Assembly: GCA_035454885.1 (NCBI GenBank)
Contig: DATIGE010000004.1
Location: 67,096 to 131,095, forward strand
Length of the DNA: 64,000 bases
DNA from: a bacterium
GTDB taxonomy: Bacteria; UBA10199; JACPAL01; GCA-016699445
Direction of reading: 5' to 3'
Shown here: in pieces, positions 9,993 through 21,455 of the stretch
Position numbering within the stretch: position 1 is the stretch's first letter
Layout: each line of letters opens with the position of its first letter
Translations under genes and position numbers: made by a program
Notes under the pieces: generated by a model
Told to the model about the DNA's origin: nothing
What the model saw: only the letters and a program-made list of their open reading frames with translations
Database searches by the model: none

Positions 9993-12067
9993 GGCCCGGT
10001 ATCTTCAGGGGGCGGAGGCGGGCTGACCGGGTCCGTGTCGTCGCCGTAGCCGCCGGAGTGGTCGGCGCCGAACGAACTCTCGAGTTCGCTCTTCTTCTTC
10101 ATGAGGTAGGCGAGGAAGGCGTCTCGGACCGACGAGGCGGCCATCTGGGCCGCGTTGTCGGTCAGGTTCCCGGCCTTGTCCAACTCTTCCAAAAGGGCGC
10201 CGCTCGCCTCGGTCTTCTGGCCCTGGAGGAAGCCGCGGAGGCCGTCCAGATCGTCCATGCGCACGTCGACCGAACCGCCCTCCACGACGGAGGTGTTGGT
10301 CGCGTTCGACATGTCGATCCCGCCGCCCATCTGGATGGTGTAGTTGGCGTCGGTCGCCGTGTTCGAGACGATACCGATGTCGTCGCCGGTTCCCCCGTCA
10401 AGGCTATCGCCTTCGCTCGTGCCCGTGTACATGGCGTCGTTCCCGGTGCCGCCCACGAGGTTGTCTACGCCGTCCGAGCCCTCCATGACGTCGTCGCCCG
10501 CCCCGCCGTCCAACCGACTGCCGTTGGCCGTGCCGCTGACGGAGAGGACGTCATTGCCGTCCTCGCCGTAGATCTGGGAGCCCGCGCCGGCGGCGACGAA
10601 GTCGTTGCCCTTGCCGGCGTAGATCGTGACCTTGCCCTCGGTGTAGAAATAGTCGTTCGCATCCGTGCCCTTGAAGGTGATGTCGCCGTTCTCGACCGCC
10701 GTCTTGCCGTCCTTGAGGCGGAACTTCTTGATCGGATCGCCGCCCGTCGTCTCCTTGACGGTCACGATGACGTCGTTGCCCTCGAACGTGATCTCCACGA
10801 CGTTGCCGCCCATCGTCTCGGGAATCTCGAAAGTGCCGGCGACGCCGTTGGCGTTGTAGACGACCTCCTCGGCGGTCGATGCGGCCTCGTCGATGGCGAC
10901 CGAGCCGTTGAAGGGGTCGTAGGTGTTGGTGCTGCTGGCGACCTTGATGCCGTCGCCCCACTTGACGCCCGAGTCCGCGAAGCCGTCGGTGTCCGAATCC
11001 TTCGCGTTCAAGACGCTGGCGTTCATGTCGTGGAAGGTGACGTTTTCGGCCGTCCCGTTCATGTAAATCTTGCGGCTCTCGAAGTTCTTGATGGTGGTCG
11101 TCACGCCGCCTTGGGTGATGATGAGGTCGCTGCCGCTGACGCTGATGTCCAGATCGCCGCTGGCGTTGAAGACCACGTCGCCCTCGCCGTCGATGGTCCC
11201 GCCGGTCGCACCGTCCACCGACTGGGCGTCCGCGGAGGGTGTCTGCCACATGAGGTTTTGGCTTTGAGAGCCAACGCCGTCGGTGCCCCCCGCGCCGCCG
11301 GTTCCGCTAGCACCGCCCGTGCCGGAATTTCCTCCGACCGTATACCGAGCCGAGATTGTCGCTGGGAGGTTCAAGCTGTCGACTTTGCCGTCACGATTGG
11401 CGTCGCCGTTAGTCGGGTCCATCCATTCAAAGCCGACGATATGCTGTAATTCCAATTCTCCCCGGTCGTGAATCCCGTCGCCATCGGTATCTTGCGCGAA
11501 AGGATTTGTTCCGTTCGCCAACTCGGCCTCATTTGTCACCAAGTCCCCATCGGCATCCCCGTAAGCGGCCAGTTTATTGGCGTCGAGCCCGTCGAGGAAC
11601 TCGGAAAGTGTGTCGAGTCTGTCCTGCATTTTTTCGATCTCCCTTTCACTGGGGAGATACTTGTTCAGTTTGGCCAGAAGATCCGCGGCCTTGGCGTCTC
11701 CTCTTTCGGCCAAGTACTCCAGCTGATCCCTGCTTTCCGCGAGGCTTTCGTATTCATCGAGCTTTTTTTGGATCTCCGCTGCTTCCATGATCGGATTGCC
11801 GTATTTGCCGTCCTTAGGGAAATTCTGGCCGAGCCAGGAATTCTCGACGTCAACTTCGCCATAACCAAGGTTCGCGTCTGCAGGGGTGGGTACGGACCCT
11901 TCTCCGGATCCTCCCTCGGCCGTGCTGACGCCAGGCGCCCCTTCGTCCGTGGGCTCCCCCGTTTGGGTCCCGACCGTCGGCGAGCCGGACTGGGTGCCCA
12001 CCAATGGAGACGGGGTCTGTTGGGGCTGCTGCGTATTGTTTGGACCGCCAATGCCGTTCACGCTCAC
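9989..12067 (-). CDS. Large calcium-binding repeat protein (RTX GGxGxD nonapeptides plus thrombospondin-type-3-like Asp-rich repeats)
   Basis: Repeats GGAGDDVMEGSDGVDNLVGGTGNDAMYTGTSEGDSLDGGTGDD, DTDGDGIHD and DADGDLVTNEAE are present, and there is no N-terminal signal peptide. The start is uncertain: the ORF runs to 12175, and the GTG at 12067 has a GGGAGA RBS. Confidence 0.65.
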   Translation of the reverse strand: MSVNGIGGPNNTQQPQQTPSPLVGTQSGSPTVGTQTGEPTDEGAPGVSTAEGGSGEGSVPTPADANLGYGEVDVENSWLGQNFPKDGKYGNPIMEAAEIQKKLDEYESLAESRDQLEYLAERGDAKAADLLAKLNKYLPSEREIEKMQDRLDTLSEFLDGLDANKLAAYGDADGDLVTNEAELANGTNPFAQDTDGDGIHDRGELELQHIVGFEWMDPTNGDANRDGKVDSLNLPATISARYTVGGNSGTGGASGTGGAGGTDGVGSQSQNLMWQTPSADAQSVDGATGGTIDGEGDVVFNASGDLDISVSGSDLIITQGGVTTTIKNFESRKIYMNGTAENVTFHDMNASVLNAKDSDTDGFADSGVKWGDGIKVASSTNTYDPFNGSVAIDEAASTAEEVVYNANGVAGTFEIPETMGGNVVEITFEGNDVIVTVKETTGGDPIKKFRLKDGKTAVENGDITFKGTDANDYFYTEGKVTIYAGKGNDFVAAGAGSQIYGEDGNDVLSVSGTANGSRLDGGAGDDVMEGSDGVDNLVGGTGNDAMYTGTSEGDSLDGGTGDDIGIVSNTATDANYTIQMGGGIDMSNATNTSVVEGGSVDVRMDDLDGLRGFLQGQKTEASGALLEELDKAGNLTDNAAQMAASSVRDAFLAYLMKKKSELESSFGADHSGGYGDDTDPVSPPPPPEDTGP

Positions 12068-12302
12068 TGGAATCTCCCTCGTTTTGAGGATTATCGTACC
12101 AGAAGACGTTGCGAGTTTCCGCCCGCAAATCTCCTGGGTCCTCAAAGCAGGGAATCTGCAACATATATGCCACAAATGGGGAGGGCGGAAGATTTATATC
12201 TTATTGATATTATTATATGTATTTAGGGTCTACCGATGAGGAGGTGGCGGGTCTTCCCGTGAAAGGACCCCAAGACTGAGGTCTGAAGTCCTCACCGAAA
12301 CA

Positions 12303-13157
12303 TTGACTTTGAGGACAAAAGCCCCGAAGAAGCAGGGCGTGAATCGTGCCGTTTTGCTCGCGATCTTGATCGTCTTGGGGACCGGTCCGGCCGTTCTCGC
12401 CGAGCCCCCCCCCGAAAAGACCCTGGTCGAGAACGTCCTTCGCGAGTTTGAACGGCACAATTACAAACAGGTCATCCAGCTCTACCGGGAGTTTGCGGCC
12501 GGGCAGCCGGAACACTATCTGCCCGTCATCGTCAAGGTCCTCTACAGTCAGGCATTGGCCGACACGGGGGACATCGATGGAGCGATCGATTCCCTCAAGA
12601 TCGTTCTGGAAGACCTGCCGGCGGAGGTGGATTCCCTCAAGCTCCAGTACGACCTCGCCAACCTGCTCTTTCTGCAAAAACGGTTCGAGGAGGCGCGCCT
12701 TATCTACCGGAGGCTCCTGCTTCGCTCCGAAGAGACCACGGCGGTTCTGGCCAAGGCCAAGGAGAGGCTCGCCTCCATGAAGGACCTCGGGACGGGGGCC
12801 CGGAAGAGGGACATCGTTTCGCTCGAAATGATCGACCTCGAGACCGCGATCGATGCCGGCGCCATCCCCGACGGGGCGGATGTTTTTCTCCAAGGCGTAA
12901 TCGCCCAGCACCCGCAATCCTCCCAGGTGGCGGAGGCCCGGCGGCTCCAGGCGCGGCTCAAAGCGGCGCGGACTCAAAAGGCCAAGGCGTTGCTCGATGA
13001 GGCGCGGCGGCTCTTCGACCAGGAGAGGAAATACGCCGATGTCCGCGATCTCCTGGAGGAGATCCAGCGCTCCTACGCGGACGTGAGCGAGACCACGTCC
13101 GTCGAGGCCCTTTTCAAGGCCGTCCAGGCCAAACTCGGAAAGAAACCTAACGACTAA
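12303..13157 (+). CDS. Secreted alpha-helical (TPR-like) protein, hypothetical
   Basis: It has a signal peptide (VNRAVLLAILIVLGTGPAVLAEP) and helical repeat content. The start is either TTG at 12303 or GTG at 12339. Confidence 0.55.
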   Translation: MTLRTKAPKKQGVNRAVLLAILIVLGTGPAVLAEPPPEKTLVENVLREFERHNYKQVIQLYREFAAGQPEHYLPVIVKVLYSQALADTGDIDGAIDSLKIVLEDLPAEVDSLKLQYDLANLLFLQKRFEEARLIYRRLLLRSEETTAVLAKAKERLASMKDLGTGARKRDIVSLEMIDLETAIDAGAIPDGADVFLQGVIAQHPQSSQVAEARRLQARLKAARTQKAKALLDEARRLFDQERKYADVRDLLEEIQRSYADVSETTSVEALFKAVQAKLGKKPND

Positions 13158-13653
13158 GGAGTTTCTCGGTATTCTTGCGGATCTTCCGGATCTTCGCGCG
13201 CACGTCCCGCGAGACGTTTTTCTCGATCTCGTCCAGAATCCGTCGCAACACGTTGGCCGGAACCAGGAGGGGATGCTTGACCTGACTCTTGAGGATATTC
13301 TTGCGCACCAGTTCGGGGATGGCTTCGAGAGTGGCGCGCGATTTCAGGACATAGTCCGCCGCACCATTCCGGATGATCGCCGAGGCCCGGCCGTCATCGG
13401 TCCGCCCCGTGACGACGATGATGGGAACGGTTCCGGCGGCTTTCTTAAGCTGCTGGATGAGGCGGATGTCGGATTCTTCGGGCGTCGCGGTATCGGTCAG
13501 GATGCAGTCGTAAGCGCGACGGGTGAGAAGGTCGAGGCCCTTCTTGAGGTTCGGAGTCTCATCGACGCGGGCGCGGTCGATTCCCGCCTCGATCCGGTCC
13601 CGGATCAGCTTGGAATGCGCCTCATTCGGCTCGATCAGGAGGATCTTCGTCAC
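13147..13653 (-). CDS. Single-domain response regulator (receiver domain, atypical acidic pocket)
   Basis: It has a CheY-like fold with the phospho-acceptor Asp (ILTDTATPE), the conserved Thr (VVTGRT) and Lys (YVLKS). The N-terminal DD pair is replaced by E-P (LLIEPNE). It lies downstream of ahcY on the same strand. Confidence 0.7.
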   Translation of the reverse strand: MTKILLIEPNEAHSKLIRDRIEAGIDRARVDETPNLKKGLDLLTRRAYDCILTDTATPEESDIRLIQQLKKAAGTVPIIVVTGRTDDGRASAIIRNGAADYVLKSRATLEAIPELVRKNILKSQVKHPLLVPANVLRRILDEIEKNVSRDVRAKIRKIRKNTEKLLSR

Positions 13654-13677
13654 GTGCCCTCGTTTCGAAGGGACCGG

Positions 13678-16193
<2,516 letters not shown>

Positions 16194-16277
16194 AAGAGTC
16201 TCCAAAAAAGAGTCCCGTAAGTAACCGGGGAATTTCCCCGAAGTCAATCGTTGATATCGGGCCGGGGGTGGAAGCGC

Positions 16278-18038
16278 TCAGAGCTTGGCAAATGCCCGAA
16301 TCTTTTGGGTTTCCCGCTGTACGAGGTGTTCGACTTCGGTGGCGGTTTTGCAGTCGAGCGCGCGGTCGAGGAGTTGTTTGGCCTGGCGGAAGGTGACCGA
16401 GCGGGTGAGCTTTTTCACCCGGGGGATGGAGAGGGGGGTCATCGAAAGCTCCGTGAGGCCCAATCCCAGGAGAATCAGGAAGCAGAGGGGGTCGCCGGCC
16501 ATCTCGCCGCAGACCGAGACGTCGATGTTCCGCGCGCGTCCCGCGTCGCTGATGATCTTGAGGAGGCGGAGCACGGCCGGATGGAGGGGTTCGTAGAGGT
16601 AGGAGACCTCCTCGTTCACGCGGTCGACGGCCAGGGTGTACTGGATCAGGTCGTTCGTGCCGATGCTCAAAAAATCCGACTCCGCCGCCAGCTCCTCGGC
16701 CATCAGGGCCGCCGCGGGGGTTTCCACCATGGCGCCGAGCTTCACCGATCCATCGAAGGGAGAGCCCTTGTCGCGAAGTTCGTCCTGAAGCTCGCCGACG
16801 ATCTTTCTCACTTGGCGGAGCTCCTCCAGGTTCGTGATCATGGGGATCAGGATTTTGAGGGGGCCGAAGCGGGACGCCCGCAGCATCGCGCGAAGCTGCG
16901 TCTTCAAGAGGTCGCGCCGCTTCAGACAGTAGCGGATGGCGCGGAGACCCAGCGCGGGATTCACGCCTTCGTCAAAGTCCTCGTCATCCATCACCTTGTC
17001 GCCGCCGATGTCGAAGGTGCGGATGGTCGTCGACTCGGGGGCCATCTTTTGCAGGACCTCCCGGTAGGCGTGGAACTGTTCGTCTTCGGACGGCAGGCGT
17101 TTCCGCGAGAGGAAGAGCATTTCCGTGCGGAAAAGCCCGACGCCTTCGCCGCCGTGGGACTTGATGGCGGGAATCTCATCCAGGAGTTCCATGTTCGCCG
17201 CGAGCCGCAGCCGGTAGCCGTCCATCGTGACGGACGGCAGGTGGGCCTCCTTGAGAAGCTGATTTTCCTGCCGCTCGAATTTCTTGCGGAGCGTGTTGTA
17301 TTGTTTCTGTTCGGCGGCGGAGGGGTGGAGGATCACCAACCCTTCGTTGCCGTCGATGAGGATGGGGTCGCCTTCGTGCGCGAGGTGAGTGATCCCCTCG
17401 ATGCCGCAGACGGCCGGAATGTCGAGAGCGCGCGCGATGATCGCCGTGTGTGACGTCGACCCGCCCGCTTCAGTGACGAATCCCTGGGTCATTCCCTTGA
17501 CCAGCTGGACGGTGTCGGTGGGAGAGAGGTCGTGCGCGACGATCGCCGCGTCCTTGTCCAGCTTGGGCAGGGAAGGCGCGTCCGCGCCGAGGAGGTTGAG
17601 CAGGATGCGCCGGGCCACGTGTCCCAGCTCGCTGTAACGTTCCCGAAAATAGGCGTCGGTGGTCTTGGGGAACGCCTCCATCATCTTCTGGACCTCCTTG
17701 TGGAAGGCCCACTCGACGTTGATCTTCTCCTGCCGGACGGCCTGGATGGTTCCTTCAACCAGCTGCTCGTCCTGGGCGATCAGCCGGTGCGAGTCGATGA
17801 TCTTGGCCTGATCGCCCGCCTGGAATTTGCAAAGCTTTTCCTTGATGCGCGCGAGTTCGGTCTGGGTGCGCTTGAGGGATTGGCGAAAACGGTTGATCTC
17901 CCCCGTCACTTCGCGGTCGGATATCCAGTACTTCGGGACGTTGACGGGCTCCGCCTCGAGGAGATGGACCGTCCCCACGGCGATGCCCGGGGAGACCGCG
18001 ATTCCTTTCAGCTGCCGGTTGAGGCGGCGTGCGCTCAT
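16278..18038 (-). CDS. ptsI: Phosphoenolpyruvate-protein phosphotransferase (PTS Enzyme I)
   Basis: It contains the phospho-His region GGSTSHTAIIARALDIPAV and the PEP-utilising C-terminal domain. Confidence 0.9.
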   Translation of the reverse strand: MSARRLNRQLKGIAVSPGIAVGTVHLLEAEPVNVPKYWISDREVTGEINRFRQSLKRTQTELARIKEKLCKFQAGDQAKIIDSHRLIAQDEQLVEGTIQAVRQEKINVEWAFHKEVQKMMEAFPKTTDAYFRERYSELGHVARRILLNLLGADAPSLPKLDKDAAIVAHDLSPTDTVQLVKGMTQGFVTEAGGSTSHTAIIARALDIPAVCGIEGITHLAHEGDPILIDGNEGLVILHPSAAEQKQYNTLRKKFERQENQLLKEAHLPSVTMDGYRLRLAANMELLDEIPAIKSHGGEGVGLFRTEMLFLSRKRLPSEDEQFHAYREVLQKMAPESTTIRTFDIGGDKVMDDEDFDEGVNPALGLRAIRYCLKRRDLLKTQLRAMLRASRFGPLKILIPMITNLEELRQVRKIVGELQDELRDKGSPFDGSVKLGAMVETPAAALMAEELAAESDFLSIGTNDLIQYTLAVDRVNEEVSYLYEPLHPAVLRLLKIISDAGRARNIDVSVCGEMAGDPLCFLILLGLGLTELSMTPLSIPRVKKLTRSVTFRQAKQLLDRALDCKTATEVEHLVQRETQKIRAFAKL

Positions 18039-18370
18039 TGTTCGCCGAATTTGTTTTCGATCAGCACTTCAAGGGCGGCCAGGGCGTCCGGTCCGTCGGC
18101 GCCCTCCGTGCGGATGGTGATCTTCGAGCCTTTGGCCGCGGCGAGCATGAGGATGCCCATGATGCTCTTGCCGTTCACTTCCCGGGAGTCCTTGCTCACG
18201 AAGACCTCCGCGCCAAAACGGCTGGCGATCTTCACGAACTGCGCCGCTGCGCGCGCGTGGAGGCCCAGGTCGTTCTTGATGAGGAACGTCTTGACGGTCC
18301 CGCCCTCTCTAGGCGGAGCCGGCGCTTCCCTTGAGGACTTCTCCGGCGAGCGCGATGTTTTTTTGACCAT
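18035..18370 (-). CDS. ptsH: Phosphocarrier protein HPr
   Basis: The His-15 region LGLHARAAA and the Ser-46 region GKSIMGIL are present. The ORF-track start gives a ~25-aa N-extension that overlaps the EIIA gene, so the start is uncertain. Confidence 0.8.
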   Translation of the reverse strand: MVKKTSRSPEKSSREAPAPPREGGTVKTFLIKNDLGLHARAAAQFVKIASRFGAEVFVSKDSREVNGKSIMGILMLAAAKGSKITIRTEGADGPDALAALEVLIENKFGEQ

Positions 18371-18722
18371 ATTCCCGGATGAACGCGGCGATCTCCGCCA
18401 GCGGCCTCTCCCCCCTAAAGCTTGCCAGTTTGATGAGCATGGGCAGGTTCACGCCCGTGATGACCTCGATCCGCCCTTCCTGAAGAAAGGACAGGCACAG
18501 GTTCGAGGGCGTTCCGCCGAACATGTCCGACAGGAGCAGGATGCCGCCGCCGCGATCCACCTCGCGGATCGCCGCGAGGATCTTGTCCCGCATCTGAGTC
18601 GCATCCTCGTCATGCTCAAGAGCGACGCCGGCCATCGGGGCGGCGTCGGTGACGATGGAGCGCGCAACGCGCACCATCTCCATTCCTATGTTTCCGTGCG
18701 ATACGACAATGGTCCCGATCAC
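18309..18722 (-). CDS. PTS EIIA component, mannose/fructose family
   Basis: It starts IGTIVVSHGNIG..., which matches the EIIA-Man fold, and it sits between rapZ and ptsH. Confidence 0.8.
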   Translation of the reverse strand: MIGTIVVSHGNIGMEMVRVARSIVTDAAPMAGVALEHDEDATQMRDKILAAIREVDRGGGILLLSDMFGGTPSNLCLSFLQEGRIEVITGVNLPMLIKLASFRGERPLAEIAAFIREYGQKNIALAGEVLKGSAGSA

Positions 18723-18726
18723 GCCT

Positions 18727-19617
18727 TCATTCCTCCCGGTTCACGTCCCGATGAACCACTTTAGCCGCATACCCCCACCGATTCAAGTCTCTCCCCGCCG
18801 ACTCGGCGATGGCCACCGAACGGTGGCGCCCTCCGGTGCAGCCGAAGGCGATGTTCAAATAGGATTTTCCCTCGCGAACGGATCGCTCCAAGACGAGGCG
18901 AAGAAGGGAGCGGATGGGCTTTAAGAGCCCCTTGGTTTCGCGCTGGCCGAGAACAAAGCGGGCCACCTTGGCGTCGCGCCCCGAGAGGGGGCGAAGACGC
19001 GGCACGAAATGAGGATTCGGCAGCGAACGGACGTCGAACACGAGGTCGGCCTCGAGCGGAAGCCCGTGGCGGTAGCCGAAGGAGACGACGGTGACGGAGG
19101 GTTTTTGCCGGCCTCTCGATGGCGTACGGTCCCGAACGAGTGACAGGATCCGTCCGCGAAGGTCCTTGAGGCCGACATAGGTCGTGTCGATCACGTCGTG
19201 GGCGGCACCCCGCATCGGCGTGAGAAGGGCACGTTCCTTGCGGATCCCATCCGAGGCCCGTCCGGTGGGAGCGAGGGGATGGCGGCGGCGCGTCTCCGAG
19301 TAGCGGCGGACGAGAACGTCGTCGCGGGCGTCGAAGAAAACGATGCGGTGCCGGACCTTGCGCTCCCGAAGCAGACGGAAGCAACGCTCGAAGTTTTTCA
19401 CGAAACCCTTCTCGCGGGCGTCCATGACGAGCACGATCTTCTTCAGGTGGCTGAGGCCCCGGCCGGCCTGGAGGAGATCCAGGAGATGAGGGAGCAGGGC
19501 GCCCGGCAGGTTGTCGATCCCGAAATAGCCCAGATCCTCCAGAAGATTGAGCGCGGTCGATTTACCCGCTCCGGAGAGACCGGAAATCAGGAGGATTTCG
19601 GGAGAGGCGCGGCTCAT
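18727..19617 (-). CDS. rapZ: RNase adapter protein RapZ (YhbJ), P-loop NTPase
   Basis: It has the Walker A motif GLSGAGKST and YhbJ-family architecture, and its position after hprK is conserved. Confidence 0.85.
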   Translation of the reverse strand: MSRASPEILLISGLSGAGKSTALNLLEDLGYFGIDNLPGALLPHLLDLLQAGRGLSHLKKIVLVMDAREKGFVKNFERCFRLLRERKVRHRIVFFDARDDVLVRRYSETRRRHPLAPTGRASDGIRKERALLTPMRGAAHDVIDTTYVGLKDLRGRILSLVRDRTPSRGRQKPSVTVVSFGYRHGLPLEADLVFDVRSLPNPHFVPRLRPLSGRDAKVARFVLGQRETKGLLKPIRSLLRLVLERSVREGKSYLNIAFGCTGGRHRSVAIAESAGRDLNRWGYAAKVVHRDVNREE

Positions 19618-20576
19618 GCGACGGTCCCACGGGTCTTTTCATTCTCGCCCCACAGGAGCTGGCGGGTCAGCTTGGCCTGAAACTCTTTGGCCGAATAGAA
19701 GCCTTTAAGCTTCAAGAGATGGTTTCTCGCCGCGACCTCGATGACGGTGGTGAGACTCCGTCCGGGTCGGACGGGCAGTTGAATGAAGGGGATCTTCACG
19801 CCCAGAATCTCGTGCGTTTGCTGGTCGATCCCGAGGCGCTCGTACTCCTGGCGCGGGTTCCATTCGACGATGGCGATGACGAGCTCGATCAATTTCTGGT
19901 CCCGGACGGAGGTGACGCCGAAGAGATCCTTGATGTTGATGATGCCCAGTCCCCGGATTTCCATGTGGTACTTGATGAGTTCCGAGCCAAAGCCGTAAAG
20001 CGAGGTGGGCGCTTTCTTGCAGATATTGACGACGTCGTCCGCGACCAGCCGGTGCCCCTTCATGACCAGCTCCAGCCCACACTCGCTCTTGCCGATGCCG
20101 CTCTTGCCCAGAAGGAGGACGCCCACGCCGAAGACGTCGAGGAGGACCCCGTGCGTGGTCGTGGTCTCGGTCAGCCTGTCCTCGAGAAAACGGGTCACGC
20201 GCTGGATGAAGATGCCGGTGGTGAGGGAGGTCCGGAGGAGGGGGATCCGCCCGCGGGCCGCCTCCCGGACCAAAACGGAGGGCGGACGGTTGCGGTTGGT
20301 GACGACGAAACAGGCGATATCCCTCCGGCAGATCTGCCGGAGAACGGCGGCGGCCTTGGCCGGCTTCATGTTCCTCAGAAAGTGCACCTCGGAGTTTCCG
20401 AGCACCTGGATACGACCCGGCTGCAGGTTGGCCGTGTAGCCCGTGAGGGCCAATCCCGGCTTTTGAACCTGGGGGATCAGGATTTTCTTGAAAGCGATGC
20501 GTTGTTTCGAGAGGGACTCAAGCTCGAGCTGGTAATCCTTGTCGCCGAGCAAAGAGGAAACGGGCAATGAGATCAT
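19614..20576 (-). CDS. hprK: HPr kinase/phosphorylase
   Basis: It has the Walker A motif GKSGIGKSE and the HprK signature region LIELVIAI... Confidence 0.85.
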   Translation of the reverse strand: MISLPVSSLLGDKDYQLELESLSKQRIAFKKILIPQVQKPGLALTGYTANLQPGRIQVLGNSEVHFLRNMKPAKAAAVLRQICRRDIACFVVTNRNRPPSVLVREAARGRIPLLRTSLTTGIFIQRVTRFLEDRLTETTTTHGVLLDVFGVGVLLLGKSGIGKSECGLELVMKGHRLVADDVVNICKKAPTSLYGFGSELIKYHMEIRGLGIINIKDLFGVTSVRDQKLIELVIAIVEWNPRQEYERLGIDQQTHEILGVKIPFIQLPVRPGRSLTTVIEVAARNHLLKLKGFYSAKEFQAKLTRQLLWGENEKTRGTVA

Positions 20577-20584
20577 GAGTCGCC

Positions 20585-21046
20585 TTAGAACTTGTCATCT
20601 TCTCCGATGATCTCCTGATACAGCTGGTCGGCGTCCGCGGCTTCCATGAGCTTGTTGCGGAAATGGACGTCCTTGAGGAGTCGCGAAAGACGGGCCAGGG
20701 CCTTGAGATGGAGACTCGCCGCGTTCTCGGGCGCGAGCAGGACGAAGAAAAGGTGCGCCGGCTTTCCGTCTTGGGAGTCGAAGGGGATGCCTTCCACGCT
20801 CCGCCCGAAGCCGGTCACGATCTGCGTGAGGGCGGGGATCTTTCCGTGAGGAATGGCGACGCCGTTCCCGATGCCGGTGCTCCCCAGCTTTTCGCGTTCG
20901 GACAGGATGCCGATCATCTCATCGCGGGAGAGATTCGAGAAATTCGTGGCGAGGAGCCCGGCGAGTTCCGTGATGACGTCGTCTTTCGTCCGGGCGGACA
21001 AGTGGGAAAGAACGCAAGACTTGGAGAGTATCTGCTTTATTTTCAT
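20585..21046 (-). CDS. ptsN: PTS EIIA-Ntr nitrogen regulatory protein
   Basis: It has the EIIA-fructose/Ntr fold with phosphorylatable His (GNGVAIPHGK), and its position downstream of hpf and rpoN is conserved. Confidence 0.85.
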   Translation of the reverse strand: MKIKQILSKSCVLSHLSARTKDDVITELAGLLATNFSNLSRDEMIGILSEREKLGSTGIGNGVAIPHGKIPALTQIVTGFGRSVEGIPFDSQDGKPAHLFFVLLAPENAASLHLKALARLSRLLKDVHFRNKLMEAADADQLYQEIIGEDDKF

Positions 21047-21110
21047 GGCGGCGGTCCGCTGTGCGAGGGAGGGTCTATAGACCCCGGCTGCGCAAAAAGC
21101 AATTGTAATG

Positions 21111-21440
21111 TCACGCCAAGCGGCGCGTTTTCGGGCTCCGGCCGGGTTTCCTGTGGTGGCCCTTGACCTTTTCCTTATACTTCTTGATCTGGCGCTCGAT
21201 CTTCGCGAGGGCCCGGTCGACGGAGAGATACATGTCGTGGCTCAAGGCCTTGGCGTTGAAGAGGCCGTGATTCTCGGAAAAGGTAATTTCCGCGACGTGC
21301 CGCGTGCCTTCGACGTTCAGGATGACGTGGGCGTTCGTCGGCTTGATGAAATATTTCGCGAGCCGGTCGATTTTATCCTGAATGTGATCCCTGAGAACTT
21401 TCGAGGATTCGGCGTGACGGAAAGTGAGGTTGATTTCCAA
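21111..21440 (-). CDS. hpf: Ribosome hibernation promoting factor (sigma-54 modulation protein)
   Basis: The RaiA/HPF family sequence MEINLTFRH... is present, and it lies immediately downstream of rpoN. Confidence 0.85.
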   Translation of the reverse strand: MEINLTFRHAESSKVLRDHIQDKIDRLAKYFIKPTNAHVILNVEGTRHVAEITFSENHGLFNAKALSHDMYLSVDRALAKIERQIKKYKEKVKGHHRKPGRSPKTRRLA

Positions 21441-21455
21441 AAAGACCTCCTTGGA

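Noticed and set aside
16194-16277. A SAM-I or SAH riboswitch upstream of metK.
   Set aside because: The leader is only 84 nt and lacks the characteristic SAM-I helices and the SAH pseudoknot blocks. Only a simple hairpin is evident.
18035-18370. An alternative internal start for ptsH, to remove the overlap with the EIIA gene.
   Set aside because: The codons at the expected position (acc gtc aag) are not start codons, so the extended ORF was kept with reduced confidence in the start.
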